DNA from: Candidatus Hydrogenedentota bacterium
GTDB lineage: Bacteria; Hydrogenedentota; Hydrogenedentia; Hydrogenedentales; SLHB01
NCBI GenBank assembly: GCA_034408725.1
Contig: JAWXCN010000200.1
Span: 2,871 to 66,870, forward strand
Direction: 5' to 3'
Length of the DNA stretch: 64,000 nucleotides
In this document: positions 7,657 to 16,983 of the stretch, piece after piece
Position numbering within the stretch: the stretch's first letter is position 1
Layout of the letters: every line of letters begins with the position of its first letter
Program-made: the position numbers and the translations under genes
The notes under the pieces: model-generated
Told to the model about the DNA's origin: nothing
The model's database searches: none
The model's input: the letters and a program-made list of their open reading frames with translations, nothing else

Positions 7657-8979
7657 TTATTTCGCGGGCGTGCTCATCCAGGGCGTCGGAAAATCGACCG
7701 GCAACCGCACCACCTCGAACAATGTGGCGACCAATTCATTATGTTCGCCGGCCCGATGCGGATTCAGATACTCCCATACGATGCCGCCGTCCGGGGCGAC
7801 CTCGATGGCGCGTCCCTCGTCCGATTCGGTAATGAGGGTATTGCCGTTTGCCAGGCGCTGGCTCGAGCCGCAGGTCAGGGTGAAGAATGGGGTCTCTGGC
7901 GTGCCTTCATACTGCCAGACGATTTGTTGCGTCGCCGGTGAAATTTCGAGCACCCTTGATTGGCGCGTGCGCCCCTGATTATCGAAAACCAGCAAGTTGC
8001 CATTCTCGAGCATTGTTGGTTGATGTTGAAAGCGCCACAAATCCGAAAGCGCCCAGACAACGCGCCGCTGCTCAAGGTCGATCACGGCAATTGTATTAAT
8101 GAGGCTGAACGACACCAGGATACGCCCCGCTGAAAACGCCGGCAGCAATCCGGAAAATTTTCCGTCAAGCACTTCGATGGTGTTGGTATGAAAAATATCG
8201 CGCTCCGTAGTATCGATGCGGTCCAACATCGGGGCGAACGGGGAGTTCAGGACGCATTCCAGCAAGGAGATGGAATCGATAACCTCGCCGCCGGGCGTAA
8301 GGCGGGTGACGAAATCTTCCCAAATCAGCGGCAGCGGGCTAACTTCGTTTCGCTCGACCTCCCGCCGTTCCAGGGTATAGATGGTTCCATCCTGTGTCAC
8401 ACATAGATGGTGGTGATACCGCTCGGGGCGGGTCCATAGCACGCGAGAGGCGGCATCAATCTTAAATAGGCCGTAATCTTCAAAGAGGGCAAGCAACGAG
8501 CCGTCGGGATACAAATGCACCCGCCGCCAGAATTGCTGGCCTGGCGAATCCGGCACAAAAGGGCGGTTTGGCCAGACCTCACTGAATGTGAGCGCCCATT
8601 CATGCAGCACGGCGCCTTGCATGTCCATGATTGCCGCGCCTGGCTTATGCCCAGACATGACAAGATTAAGGCCAGCTTCTGCGCGGTCCGTATCGTGAAT
8701 AGTGACGCCGGTTCTAGACGAGGCATTCCGCGATCCCTGCAAATAGCCCATTGCAAGGACCTGGTCCATCATTTCCTTGTCGGCGGAATCCGGGGGCGCA
8801 TCAGCAACGCTGTTGGCGGACACGCGCCAGCGGCCGCTCGGCGTATTCGCTGTATCGCTGGATGCGTTACGCGGATTGCAACCGGTGAAACACATGGCGC
8901 ATCCCAGCATAACGGCAATGGAAAAGCGCTGTCGCCGTCGCCATTGCGGCGGGCATTTCGGTACATGGTGTTGGCTCAT
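7657..8979 (-). CDS. Arylsulfotransferase (ASST)-like beta-propeller lipoprotein
   Basis: Lipobox-like AVMLGCAMCFTGC. Repeated propeller-like strands (LLVFDNQGRTRQSRVLEI, NGNTLITESDEGRAIEVAPDGGIVWEY). Family assignment is from memory only. Confidence 0.5.
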   Translation of the reverse strand: MSQHHVPKCPPQWRRRQRFSIAVMLGCAMCFTGCNPRNASSDTANTPSGRWRVSANSVADAPPDSADKEMMDQVLAMGYLQGSRNASSRTGVTIHDTDRAEAGLNLVMSGHKPGAAIMDMQGAVLHEWALTFSEVWPNRPFVPDSPGQQFWRRVHLYPDGSLLALFEDYGLFKIDAASRVLWTRPERYHHHLCVTQDGTIYTLERREVERNEVSPLPLIWEDFVTRLTPGGEVIDSISLLECVLNSPFAPMLDRIDTTERDIFHTNTIEVLDGKFSGLLPAFSAGRILVSFSLINTIAVIDLEQRRVVWALSDLWRFQHQPTMLENGNLLVFDNQGRTRQSRVLEISPATQQIVWQYEGTPETPFFTLTCGSSQRLANGNTLITESDEGRAIEVAPDGGIVWEYLNPHRAGEHNELVATLFEVVRLPVDFPTPWMSTPAK

Positions 8980-9010
8980 CGGTGAATATTCAACGTCTGG
9001 CAAAACTGAA

Positions 9011-9589
9011 TTAGTCCGCTTTCACGAAGCGCATGTAATCAATATCGCCGACACCCCCCGAATCGCCGTTGGCGTCCATGACAATCCTTAACACGTGCGT
9101 CCCGGCTTTGAGCCGCACATTATGCGCACGAATCATTTCGAGTTTGGTCCACGCGCCGGTATCTGGAATCTGGATCGGACCGGATAGGTCCTTGCCCTCT
9201 ATTTCCAAATGGAAGATACCGCCTTCCTTCTGCGAAGCCACGGGGAACTCGACCGTGTACGTTCCCGATTCCGCGACCTTGACGGTGTACGCGACCCATT
9301 CACCGGCGCGGACCCAGCCGATGCCGTAGCCATTCGACGCATCCGCCCGCTGTTCTATGTCGATCTGGGTAAGACCGCGGTACGCCGCGCCATGATTGAC
9401 CTCGTCGATATCGTTATAGGCCTCGCCGGGCTTGCCCTCGTCGAAGTGTTCCGTTTCGATGAGTCCCGGAATCGTGTGCGGGTTTCCGCCATAGGGTGTG
9501 GTCGAACTATTGGCGCGATTGCCTGTCGCGCAACCCGTGGCCAACAGTAACAACGGCGCGAAACAACAAACGGAGCGGTATGCCAACAT
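9011..9589 (-). CDS. CBM6-like carbohydrate-binding module lipoprotein
   Basis: Start at the internal ATG at 9589 gives the signal MLAYRSVCCFAPLLLLATGC. CBM6-type pattern EHFDEG..GEAY...GYGIGWVRAGEWVAYTV...GTYTV...DTGAWTKLE...L.AGTHVLRI. Confidence 0.6.
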   Translation of the reverse strand: MLAYRSVCCFAPLLLLATGCATGNRANSSTTPYGGNPHTIPGLIETEHFDEGKPGEAYNDIDEVNHGAAYRGLTQIDIEQRADASNGYGIGWVRAGEWVAYTVKVAESGTYTVEFPVASQKEGGIFHLEIEGKDLSGPIQIPDTGAWTKLEMIRAHNVRLKAGTHVLRIVMDANGDSGGVGDIDYMRFVKAD

Positions 9590-9862
9590 GAAAAAATTTC
9601 CTCTTCGATGAATTCGGGCCATGCAATCCCCTGCGCCGGGGATGACATCCCATTGTAACGCGAAAACGGGTGGCGAAAATACCTTCCTCGAAAGATTCGT
9701 GCCTGACATTTCCCGCCGGGATGGTACATGGTTCGCGCGTGTAGAGCACACCCCGGTGAGTATGCGACACTATACCCATCCAATCGCATCTTCCGGCACA
9801 CGTACGCGAGGTGCGCATAATACACGCCGGTATGGGGCACACAAGAGGCAGGAACAGCGAGA

Positions 9863-11176
9863 ATGAGCAGCGTAGTCTATTCACCGGCGCCGATTAGCGG
9901 CTTTCCGGAATGGTTGCCTGAAGTGCGGCTCATCGAGCAACAATGGCTCGACGAAATCCGCCGCACGTTTGAGTCGTATGGTTTTTGTTCCGTCGAGACG
10001 CCGTCGGTTGAAGACCTTCGCGCGCTGCTCGCGAAAGGCGAGACCGACAAGGAAATTTACACGCTCACGCGTCTGCAAGCGGATGAGAACGAGAAGGGCG
10101 ACGCACGGCTTGGTCTGCACTATGACCTTACGGTGCCACTCGCCCGCTATGTTGCGCAGCATTACAACAATCTCGTGTTTCCATTCAAACGCTACCAGAT
10201 TCAGCGTGTATGGCGCGGCGAACGCCCGCAGGAAGGCCGATTCCGCGAGTTCTACCAATGCGACATCGACGTCATCAATAACGACAGCGTGCCGCTGTAC
10301 TTCGATGCAGAGATGCCCGCGATCGTTCATGGCGTGCTCAGCCGGCTTGGTGTTGGGGCGTGCACCATCGGGCTGTCCAACCGGAAAATTCTGCAAGGGT
10401 TCTATAGTGGGCTTGGTATTGACGACATCGCCGGCGCAATCCGCGTCGCGGACAAACTCGACAAGATCGGGCCAGTGGGCGTTTCAAGGCAATTGCAGGA
10501 CATGCAGGGTATTTCCGAATCCACCGCGAAACAGTGTCTTGCGCTTGCGGCGATTCGGACGGCGGATGCGTCCTTCGCAGAGAAGGTCCGGGCGCTGGGA
10601 ATTACGAATTCTACGTTGGAGGAAGGCCTTTCCGAGTTGACGTACGTAATCGACAACCTGCTTGCGAACGGCGTGGACAGACTGGTGGCCGATATGTCGA
10701 TTGCGCGCGGGTTCGATTATTACACTGGGTCGGTTTACGAGGGCCGTCTCGACGAATATCCGAAACTCGGTGCTGTATTTTCCGGCGGAAGATACGATAA
10801 CCTCGCGGGATCGTACATTCGCAAGAACCTGCCCGGTGTCGGCATCTCCATCGGTCTAACCCGGCTTTTCTCGAAACTGGTTGCCGAAGGGCGAATTAGC
10901 TCGACGCGCAAATGCCCGACCGATGTACTTGTGATTGTTCCAAACGATGCGCAACAACCGATAGCCGCGCAAACCGCGCATGAATTGCGCGAGCGCGGGT
11001 ACAAGGTCGAATTGTACCATGCGGCGGAGAAGCTGCAAAAACAATTGCGCTACGCATCGCGGAAGGCGATTCCGTTCGTGTGGTTTCCACCGTTTGAGGA
11101 CGGCTCTCCGCACGAAGTCAAGAACATGGCTAGCGGCGATCAGCAGCAGTGCGATCCGCAGACGTGGAGCGCATGA
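9863..11176 (+). CDS. hisS: Histidyl-tRNA synthetase
   Basis: Class II aaRS motifs (GFCSVETPSVE, RYQIQRVWRGERPQEGRFREFYQCDID, GGRYDNL) and a C-terminal anticodon-binding domain (VLVIVPND...). Confidence 0.9.
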   Translation: MSSVVYSPAPISGFPEWLPEVRLIEQQWLDEIRRTFESYGFCSVETPSVEDLRALLAKGETDKEIYTLTRLQADENEKGDARLGLHYDLTVPLARYVAQHYNNLVFPFKRYQIQRVWRGERPQEGRFREFYQCDIDVINNDSVPLYFDAEMPAIVHGVLSRLGVGACTIGLSNRKILQGFYSGLGIDDIAGAIRVADKLDKIGPVGVSRQLQDMQGISESTAKQCLALAAIRTADASFAEKVRALGITNSTLEEGLSELTYVIDNLLANGVDRLVADMSIARGFDYYTGSVYEGRLDEYPKLGAVFSGGRYDNLAGSYIRKNLPGVGISIGLTRLFSKLVAEGRISSTRKCPTDVLVIVPNDAQQPIAAQTAHELRERGYKVELYHAAEKLQKQLRYASRKAIPFVWFPPFEDGSPHEVKNMASGDQQQCDPQTWSA

Positions 11177-11223
11177 CATTCAGTTTTTTGGTGCTGGTTC
11201 CAGACTACTTGGTCACCGTGCGT

Positions 11224-11253
11224 TTGCGTAAAATACCCTTTTTCTGCTAATCT
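11224..11253 (+). promoter_or_regulatory. Candidate promoter TTGCGT-N18-TAATCT for tRNA-His
   Basis: The -10 hexamer ends 12 nt before the tRNA 5' end. The match to consensus is weak. Confidence 0.3.
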
Positions 11254-11265
11254 CTTGGTCTCTGT

Positions 11266-11343
11266 GGCGGTAGTAGCTCAGCTGGTTAGAGCACCGGATT
11301 GTGGTTCCGGGGGTCGCGGGTTCAAGTCCCGTCTACCGCCCCA
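11266..11343 (+). tRNA. tRNA-His (anticodon GUG) with encoded G-1 and CCA
   Basis: Folded by hand. 8-bp acceptor stem GGCGGTAG/CTACCGCC including G-1:C73. D arm GCTC-AGCTGGTTA-GAGC. Anticodon arm CCGGA-TTGTGGT-TCCGG. T arm GCGGG-TTCAAGT-CCCGT. 3' CCA is encoded. Confidence 0.9.
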
Positions 11344-11448
11344 TTTTCCACTTCGGTCCGCCGGACATTGCAACTTTTCCGGGCCTGACGGCATAATAAA
11401 CTCTTGGCGTGAGCGCGCAACGGTACGCGACAACAGGAGCACTGCTGC

Positions 11449-12360
11449 ATGAAGGTTCGGATAGCCGGTATACGTCTGTCGCACAGGCAGTTGCTGCGCA
11501 TTTACGCAGTGGTCTTGCTTCTGATAGGGGCGTCGGCGGGCCTACAAGCAATCGCCCAGGACCCTCCTCCGGCTACGCCCGCGCCCGAAGTGACAACGCC
11601 GCAACCGGCTCCAGCGGCAACGACCGAACTCGCACCCGCGGCGGCGCCATCACCTTCGCCCGCTCCGAATGTGCAAGCCGATGCGGCGCCTCCGCAAAAT
11701 GACACACTGCCAGGTTCTATTCCCGGCCGATATGAACCGCTTACCTTATGGGACATGTTGTGGTCCGGGGGACCGGTGATGGCCATCATAGTTTTGCTGA
11801 GCGTGATTGCGGTGGTGATGAGTATTTACCTGTTGATCACGGTGACGCCGGGGCGTGAAGTGCCCGCGCAATTTACGAAACGAGCCCAGGCGCAAATTCG
11901 CGCGGGCGATCTGCGGGGCGCGTATCAGATGTGCGAAGACCGCGACGAGTTTATCGCGAACGTGCTGCGCGCGGGCCTTAAACGGCACGGGCATGATCGA
12001 TACGTCATTCAGGAAGCGATGGAAAGCGAGGGCGAGCGGGGCGCAACGGCGCTTTGGCAGCGCATCTCGTATCTCAATAACATCGGCAACATCGCGCCGC
12101 TCCTGGGTCTGCTTGGGACGGTCACCGGTATGATCGGCGCTTTCAGCGCGATTGCATACAATGATTCGCAGTCCAAGAGCATCGTCATGGCATATTACGT
12201 AGCGCAAGCGATGATCACGACGGCTGGCGGGTTGATCGTCGCCATTCCCTGTTATCTTATGTACTACTACCTGCGGGGACGGGTCATAAAAATCATTGCC
12301 GAAGTCGAAGCCCAGGCCGCGGAATTTATCGAGCTGGTGTCCGGGAGGGCGCCGGAATGA
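11449..12360 (+). CDS. exbB: MotA/TolQ/ExbB proton-channel family protein
   Basis: Signal peptide plus a Pro/Ala-rich linker, then three TM helices with NIGNIAPLLGLLGTVTGMI, characteristic of ExbB/TolQ. Confidence 0.8.
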   Translation: MKVRIAGIRLSHRQLLRIYAVVLLLIGASAGLQAIAQDPPPATPAPEVTTPQPAPAATTELAPAAAPSPSPAPNVQADAAPPQNDTLPGSIPGRYEPLTLWDMLWSGGPVMAIIVLLSVIAVVMSIYLLITVTPGREVPAQFTKRAQAQIRAGDLRGAYQMCEDRDEFIANVLRAGLKRHGHDRYVIQEAMESEGERGATALWQRISYLNNIGNIAPLLGLLGTVTGMIGAFSAIAYNDSQSKSIVMAYYVAQAMITTAGGLIVAIPCYLMYYYLRGRVIKIIAEVEAQAAEFIELVSGRAPE

Positions 12361-12788
12361 AGTTTGGCCGGAACCCGTTTCAGGAAGAAGAACACCTCCA
12401 ACTCGCGCCTTTGATAGACATCGTGTTTATCACGCTGGTCTTTTTCGTGACGACCACGGCATACAACACACTTGAGAGCGAGGTGGACATCACCCTTCCC
12501 ACGGCGAGCAGCGCCGCGAGCATGGAACGCACCCGTGGCGAGATTTTCATCAACCTGCGCAAGGACGGCGCGATTGTTCTCAATAACCGCGAAGTAACTT
12601 TGGTTGAATTGCAGGATATTCTGGACCGGGTGGCGGAAAACTTTCCCGGCGGGGCGGTGATTATCCGCGGTGATCGGGATGCACTGTTGGGCAACGCGGT
12701 AGCCGTATTGAATGCATGCCGGAACGCGGACATTCAAAATGTCTCGTTCGCGGCTTATACCGAGGCTCCCGGATCGGCGGTCCCCTGA
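12357..12788 (+). CDS. exbD: ExbD/TolR biopolymer transport protein
   Basis: LAPLIDIVFITLVFFV TM helix and a periplasmic ExbD-like domain. The ATGA overlap with exbB suggests translational coupling. Confidence 0.8.
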   Translation: MKFGRNPFQEEEHLQLAPLIDIVFITLVFFVTTTAYNTLESEVDITLPTASSAASMERTRGEIFINLRKDGAIVLNNREVTLVELQDILDRVAENFPGGAVIIRGDRDALLGNAVAVLNACRNADIQNVSFAAYTEAPGSAVP

Positions 12789-12832
12789 ATATCCGGAGAC
12801 CCACGACGCTTTACGTTCACGAGTACCCTACA

Positions 12833-15163
12833 ATGACAGCTTCAAACATTCGGCGCGTTTTCTGCGCAACCATTCTTTGCCTTGCCGCGAACGCGGCGGA
12901 AGACCCCGATCAAGCCCAAATTGATTTCGCAAATGGTCTGTTTCGCGGCGAATACTATGACCTCGCCGCCGAGGAGTACCGCAAATACATTGAAACTTTT
13001 CCGGAAGGGAAGTTTTTCAATGACGCGCTTTACCGGCTTGGCGAAAGCGAATACAGCGCCGGTAAGTATGAACCGGCCCTCGCCGCGTTCGACCTGCTTC
13101 TCACTTCGCGGCCAGACTCGCCGGACCGTTCGCGCGCATCGCTGCGCAAAGGCGAATTGCTTTACCGGCTAAAACGTCCCGACGAAGCGGCGGCGGTATT
13201 GCAGCCGCTCGCCGCGGCCGATAGCGGGGCCGAAGTGCGGGCGGGCGCGATCTATTATCTCGGCAAGCTCGAGTATGATCGCGAGGGTTTTGACGCCGCC
13301 ATAAAAAACTTCAAGACCCTGTCCGATGAATTGCCCGAGCATCCGCTCACACCTTACGCGCGCTATCAGCTTGCCCTGGCATATATGGCCAAGAAGCAGG
13401 GCGAGGAAGCGGCCATACAGTTTTCGGCCGTAGCGGACGGTCAGGCGGATGATAAGTTGCGCATGGAATGCGGGTTTCGCGCGGCAGAGGCGTACGATTC
13501 CATTGGATGGCACGAAGCCGCGGAAGCGCGGTACAAGCAGGTGCGGGACGTGTTTCCCGATTCGCCGTATGCCGAGCGCGCGTCCTATGGGTACGCTTGG
13601 GCGCAGTACCACGGCGGAAGAATCGCTGACGCCGCCGCGTCCGCCGCGCAGTACCTCGAGACGTATCCTCAAGGCGAAAACACGATCGGCATACGCTACC
13701 TGCAAAGCAATTGCGCACAACAACAAAAGGAATACGATACGGCCGTCGCGATGTACCGGAAACTGCGCGACGACCATCCCGATTCGCCATTTGCCGCGCG
13801 CGCGCAATACAAAATCGCGTGGAGCCTTTTTCTTGCTGGCAAGACGGAAGAAGCAAAACAGGAAGTCACGACGTTTATCGGCAGCTACAAAGACCCCGCT
13901 CTCATAGGCGACGCGGGGTTCCTGCGCGGCACGATCTTGCTCTCGGAACAAAAATACGAAGAGGCGTACCAGGAATTCCGGGTCGTGGCCGAACAATATG
14001 TTCAAAGCGAGTTCGCCGCCGAGGCAATGTACAAAATGGGCGAGTGCCTCGCGCAACTAAACCGGACGGACGAGGCGGCAAACGTATTCGCGACGTTTGC
14101 CACAACGTATCCTTCGCACGCTCTAGTGCAGGAAGCGATACTTCGCGTGGGTGACGCCAAATTTCTTGGCGCAAAGTTCTCGGACGCCGTCGTCGAATAC
14201 AAACGGGTGCTTGAGAATTCTCCCGATCCGGTGAAAGAAGAGGTAACGCTTTACCGGCTTGCTGTTTCCTATCACAACATGCAGGATTTCAAGTCCAGCT
14301 CTGAAACTTTCACGGCGCTGCTCACAAAGTTTCCTCAAACATCGCACGCCGCCGAGGCGCAGGTCCGGATTGGATATTTCTATCTGGGAGACGGAAAGGA
14401 CGCGGTCCGCGCGATAGAAGCATTCAAGAAGTCGCTGGAGCTTGGGGTCAATGGCGAATTCGCGGGTCGCGCCTCGCTCGGACTTGCGCAGGCGCGGCAT
14501 CAGACCAAAGACTTCGATGGCGCCGCGGAGTCGTTCCTCCGTGTCATCACCGGATATCCCGGCATGAAGTTAAACGAACAAACCTATGCGTGGGCGGGTG
14601 AACACTTGTTCGGACAGAAGAAGTGGCAAGAGGCGGCGACGGTCTACGCCGCGCTGCTCACCGCGATTCCCGATTACCCGACGCCCGAGCGCGTGAAGTT
14701 TCGCATTGCGGAATGCAGCGATCAGGCCGGCGAAGGCGACACGGCGGTTTCTTTATATCAGGCGGTTGTCGATGCCGCTCCGCTGAGCAGTTCGGCTGTC
14801 GAAGCGAAGTTCCGCATGGCCAAATTGTTTGAAGGTAAGAAGGAAATCGACAAAGCGCTGGAGTATTATGAACAGGCTGCTACGACGAACACGGGCGAAA
14901 CCGCGGCGGCAGCGCGATTCCGCATCGCGGAGTTGCTCGAAAGCAAAGAGGAATTTGGTGGCGCAGCGAAAAGTTATTTACAGATTCATTTGATGTTTCT
15001 CGATCCCGAACGCGGCCCCGAATCATTGTGGCGCGCGGGCCAGTGCTTCGAAAAGGCGAGTGACGCCATCAACGCTAAACGCGCGTATGAAGACCTCGCG
15101 AAATCGTATCCCGAAACGGAACAGACCGCCAAGGCCAAAACCCGATTGGCCGAGATGGGCTGA
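12833..15163 (+). CDS. Secreted multi-TPR repeat protein (YbgF-like repeats)
   Basis: The internal ATG at 12833 gives a signal peptide (VFCATILCLAANAAE). Many TPR-like repeats of the type A.Y.LG......G....A...F. Confidence 0.7.
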   Translation: MTASNIRRVFCATILCLAANAAEDPDQAQIDFANGLFRGEYYDLAAEEYRKYIETFPEGKFFNDALYRLGESEYSAGKYEPALAAFDLLLTSRPDSPDRSRASLRKGELLYRLKRPDEAAAVLQPLAAADSGAEVRAGAIYYLGKLEYDREGFDAAIKNFKTLSDELPEHPLTPYARYQLALAYMAKKQGEEAAIQFSAVADGQADDKLRMECGFRAAEAYDSIGWHEAAEARYKQVRDVFPDSPYAERASYGYAWAQYHGGRIADAAASAAQYLETYPQGENTIGIRYLQSNCAQQQKEYDTAVAMYRKLRDDHPDSPFAARAQYKIAWSLFLAGKTEEAKQEVTTFIGSYKDPALIGDAGFLRGTILLSEQKYEEAYQEFRVVAEQYVQSEFAAEAMYKMGECLAQLNRTDEAANVFATFATTYPSHALVQEAILRVGDAKFLGAKFSDAVVEYKRVLENSPDPVKEEVTLYRLAVSYHNMQDFKSSSETFTALLTKFPQTSHAAEAQVRIGYFYLGDGKDAVRAIEAFKKSLELGVNGEFAGRASLGLAQARHQTKDFDGAAESFLRVITGYPGMKLNEQTYAWAGEHLFGQKKWQEAATVYAALLTAIPDYPTPERVKFRIAECSDQAGEGDTAVSLYQAVVDAAPLSSSAVEAKFRMAKLFEGKKEIDKALEYYEQAATTNTGETAAAARFRIAELLESKEEFGGAAKSYLQIHLMFLDPERGPESLWRAGQCFEKASDAINAKRAYEDLAKSYPETEQTAKAKTRLAEMG

Positions 15164-15166
15164 GCC

Positions 15167-16954
15167 ATGACCAAACAGACGCGAAAAATTATTCTTGGCG
15201 CCAGCGTCGCGGGGTCGCTCCTGTTCCACGGCGCGCTCATTGCCGCGTCGCCGGGGTTCGTGCTGGTCGGGAACGACCCGCATCCGGAATTTGCGCCGGA
15301 GACCATGCGCATCCGGGTTCTGGATGAAGCTGAACTGCAACGTTTTCAGGAAGCGCCAGGAGAGCCGGGGACCGGTCTTGCCACACGACCGGGTTCCATA
15401 GTGGATTTGATCGAGTCAGAGCTGGCCCCCATTACGTCCCTCGGCAACGCGCTCACCGAGCAGGTCCCCATCTCCGAATTGGAAAAACGCATCGCCGATG
15501 ATGAACTTGCGATGTTGGAACCGGTAACGCCCGAATCGCGCGTTGAAGAACACATCGACGCCAGAATCGTCGAAATTTCCGAGTCGAGCGCCCGGCATGA
15601 CATTCAAATTCAGCGGCGGCTTGTTGCGCCTAGCAGCACGCGAATCCTGCCGGAGGACGTTAATCCGGTCCTGCGCGGCGCCAACGACACCGCGGGCGAC
15701 GAACTGTTGATGATTGACCCGCTCGGCGTTGGCGGTGGCCGCGCCGGTGGTGGAACGCCCGGCGGGAACGAATCAGGCGATTTCCCAGACCCCGATCCTC
15801 TCAGCCCCGGCCGTGAATCACCCATGCCCAATGATGAATCCGACGTGCTGCGCGGGTTGCCTGACCTTCCCATCGAGCGCGCCGTCGCGCGCGCCCCCGT
15901 GGTGAAAGCGATAACGGACAACACACGGTTCGACTTTATCGACGATACGGTTTCGATGCATTTGGCCACGTTCGTTCCGCCAGATGAGCGGGAAGGCTAT
16001 TTTCTTCTGCAGATAGTCCCGAAGGAAGGGGAGGCGTTCGATCCGCTGCCAAAAGACGTAACCTTCGTAATCGACGCGTCGAACAGTATTTTGCAACGAA
16101 AGCTCGATCAGACTGCGCGCGGTGTACAAAAGAGCATTGCCGCGCTGCGGCCAGACGACCGGTTCAACGTGGTTGTGTTTCGGGAATCGCCGACGCTTTT
16201 CCAGCCGGAACTCGCTTTGGCATCGCCGCAGAACAAGGCGGCGGCCCAAGAATTTCTGAAGGATATCGAGTCGCACGGGGAAACAGATGTTTACGAGGGC
16301 GTTCGTCCCGTGATACAACAGGCGGCACGGGAAGGCGTACCCGGCATCATATTCGTCATATCGGACGGAAAACCGACGGCCGGCATTCGTGACGGACGCA
16401 CCCTCATAAACGCGTTGACCGATGAGAACGATTCGCGGCATAGCATCTATGCTTTCGCGGGCGGGCGCACGGTCAATCAGCATCTGCTCGATCTGCTTGC
16501 CTACCGTAACAAAGGCGAATCTTCCGTTACACCCCAAATCGAAGACATGAACCAGGCGCTTCCGGCTTTTTTTTCGCGGTTACACGATCCCATTCTTGTA
16601 AGCTGCGAGGCAGACTTTGGCCGGATTAACGATGAGAACGTCTTTCCGAAGCAGATTCCGGATTTTTATCGCGGGCAGGTTGTAACTGTGTACGGCCGCT
16701 TTGATCCAGAGCGTGACCGGGAGTTCGCGATGCGCCTCACGGGTCTCGCCGAAGACCGGCGCAAGGAAGTGGTATTTCGCGCGGACCTGTCAAAAGCTAC
16801 CAAAGGAGATGAAGAGATCGCGCGCAACTGGGCCTTCCGCAAGGTTTACTATCTTATCGGTGAAGCGACCAGCACGGGAGAGACCCCGGAACTCCTCGCG
16901 CAAATCCGTGCCCTCGCGGGCCAGTACAGCATTCGCACCAGCTACGATCAATAG
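15167..16954 (+). CDS. Membrane-anchored von Willebrand factor A domain protein
   Basis: N-terminal TM helix. VWA MIDAS-like VTFVIDASNS...GETDVYEG...IIFVISDGKPT. Confidence 0.7.
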   Translation: MTKQTRKIILGASVAGSLLFHGALIAASPGFVLVGNDPHPEFAPETMRIRVLDEAELQRFQEAPGEPGTGLATRPGSIVDLIESELAPITSLGNALTEQVPISELEKRIADDELAMLEPVTPESRVEEHIDARIVEISESSARHDIQIQRRLVAPSSTRILPEDVNPVLRGANDTAGDELLMIDPLGVGGGRAGGGTPGGNESGDFPDPDPLSPGRESPMPNDESDVLRGLPDLPIERAVARAPVVKAITDNTRFDFIDDTVSMHLATFVPPDEREGYFLLQIVPKEGEAFDPLPKDVTFVIDASNSILQRKLDQTARGVQKSIAALRPDDRFNVVVFRESPTLFQPELALASPQNKAAAQEFLKDIESHGETDVYEGVRPVIQQAAREGVPGIIFVISDGKPTAGIRDGRTLINALTDENDSRHSIYAFAGGRTVNQHLLDLLAYRNKGESSVTPQIEDMNQALPAFFSRLHDPILVSCEADFGRINDENVFPKQIPDFYRGQVVTVYGRFDPERDREFAMRLTGLAEDRRKEVVFRADLSKATKGDEEIARNWAFRKVYYLIGEATSTGETPELLAQIRALAGQYSIRTSYDQ

Positions 16955-16983
16955 GTTCTGCGCGGTTTCCCATACATCCCGTT

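Noticed and set aside
13169-14056. 295-aa minus-strand ORF
   Set aside because: Antisense to the TPR protein gene. Arg-rich with no motifs, so a shadow ORF.
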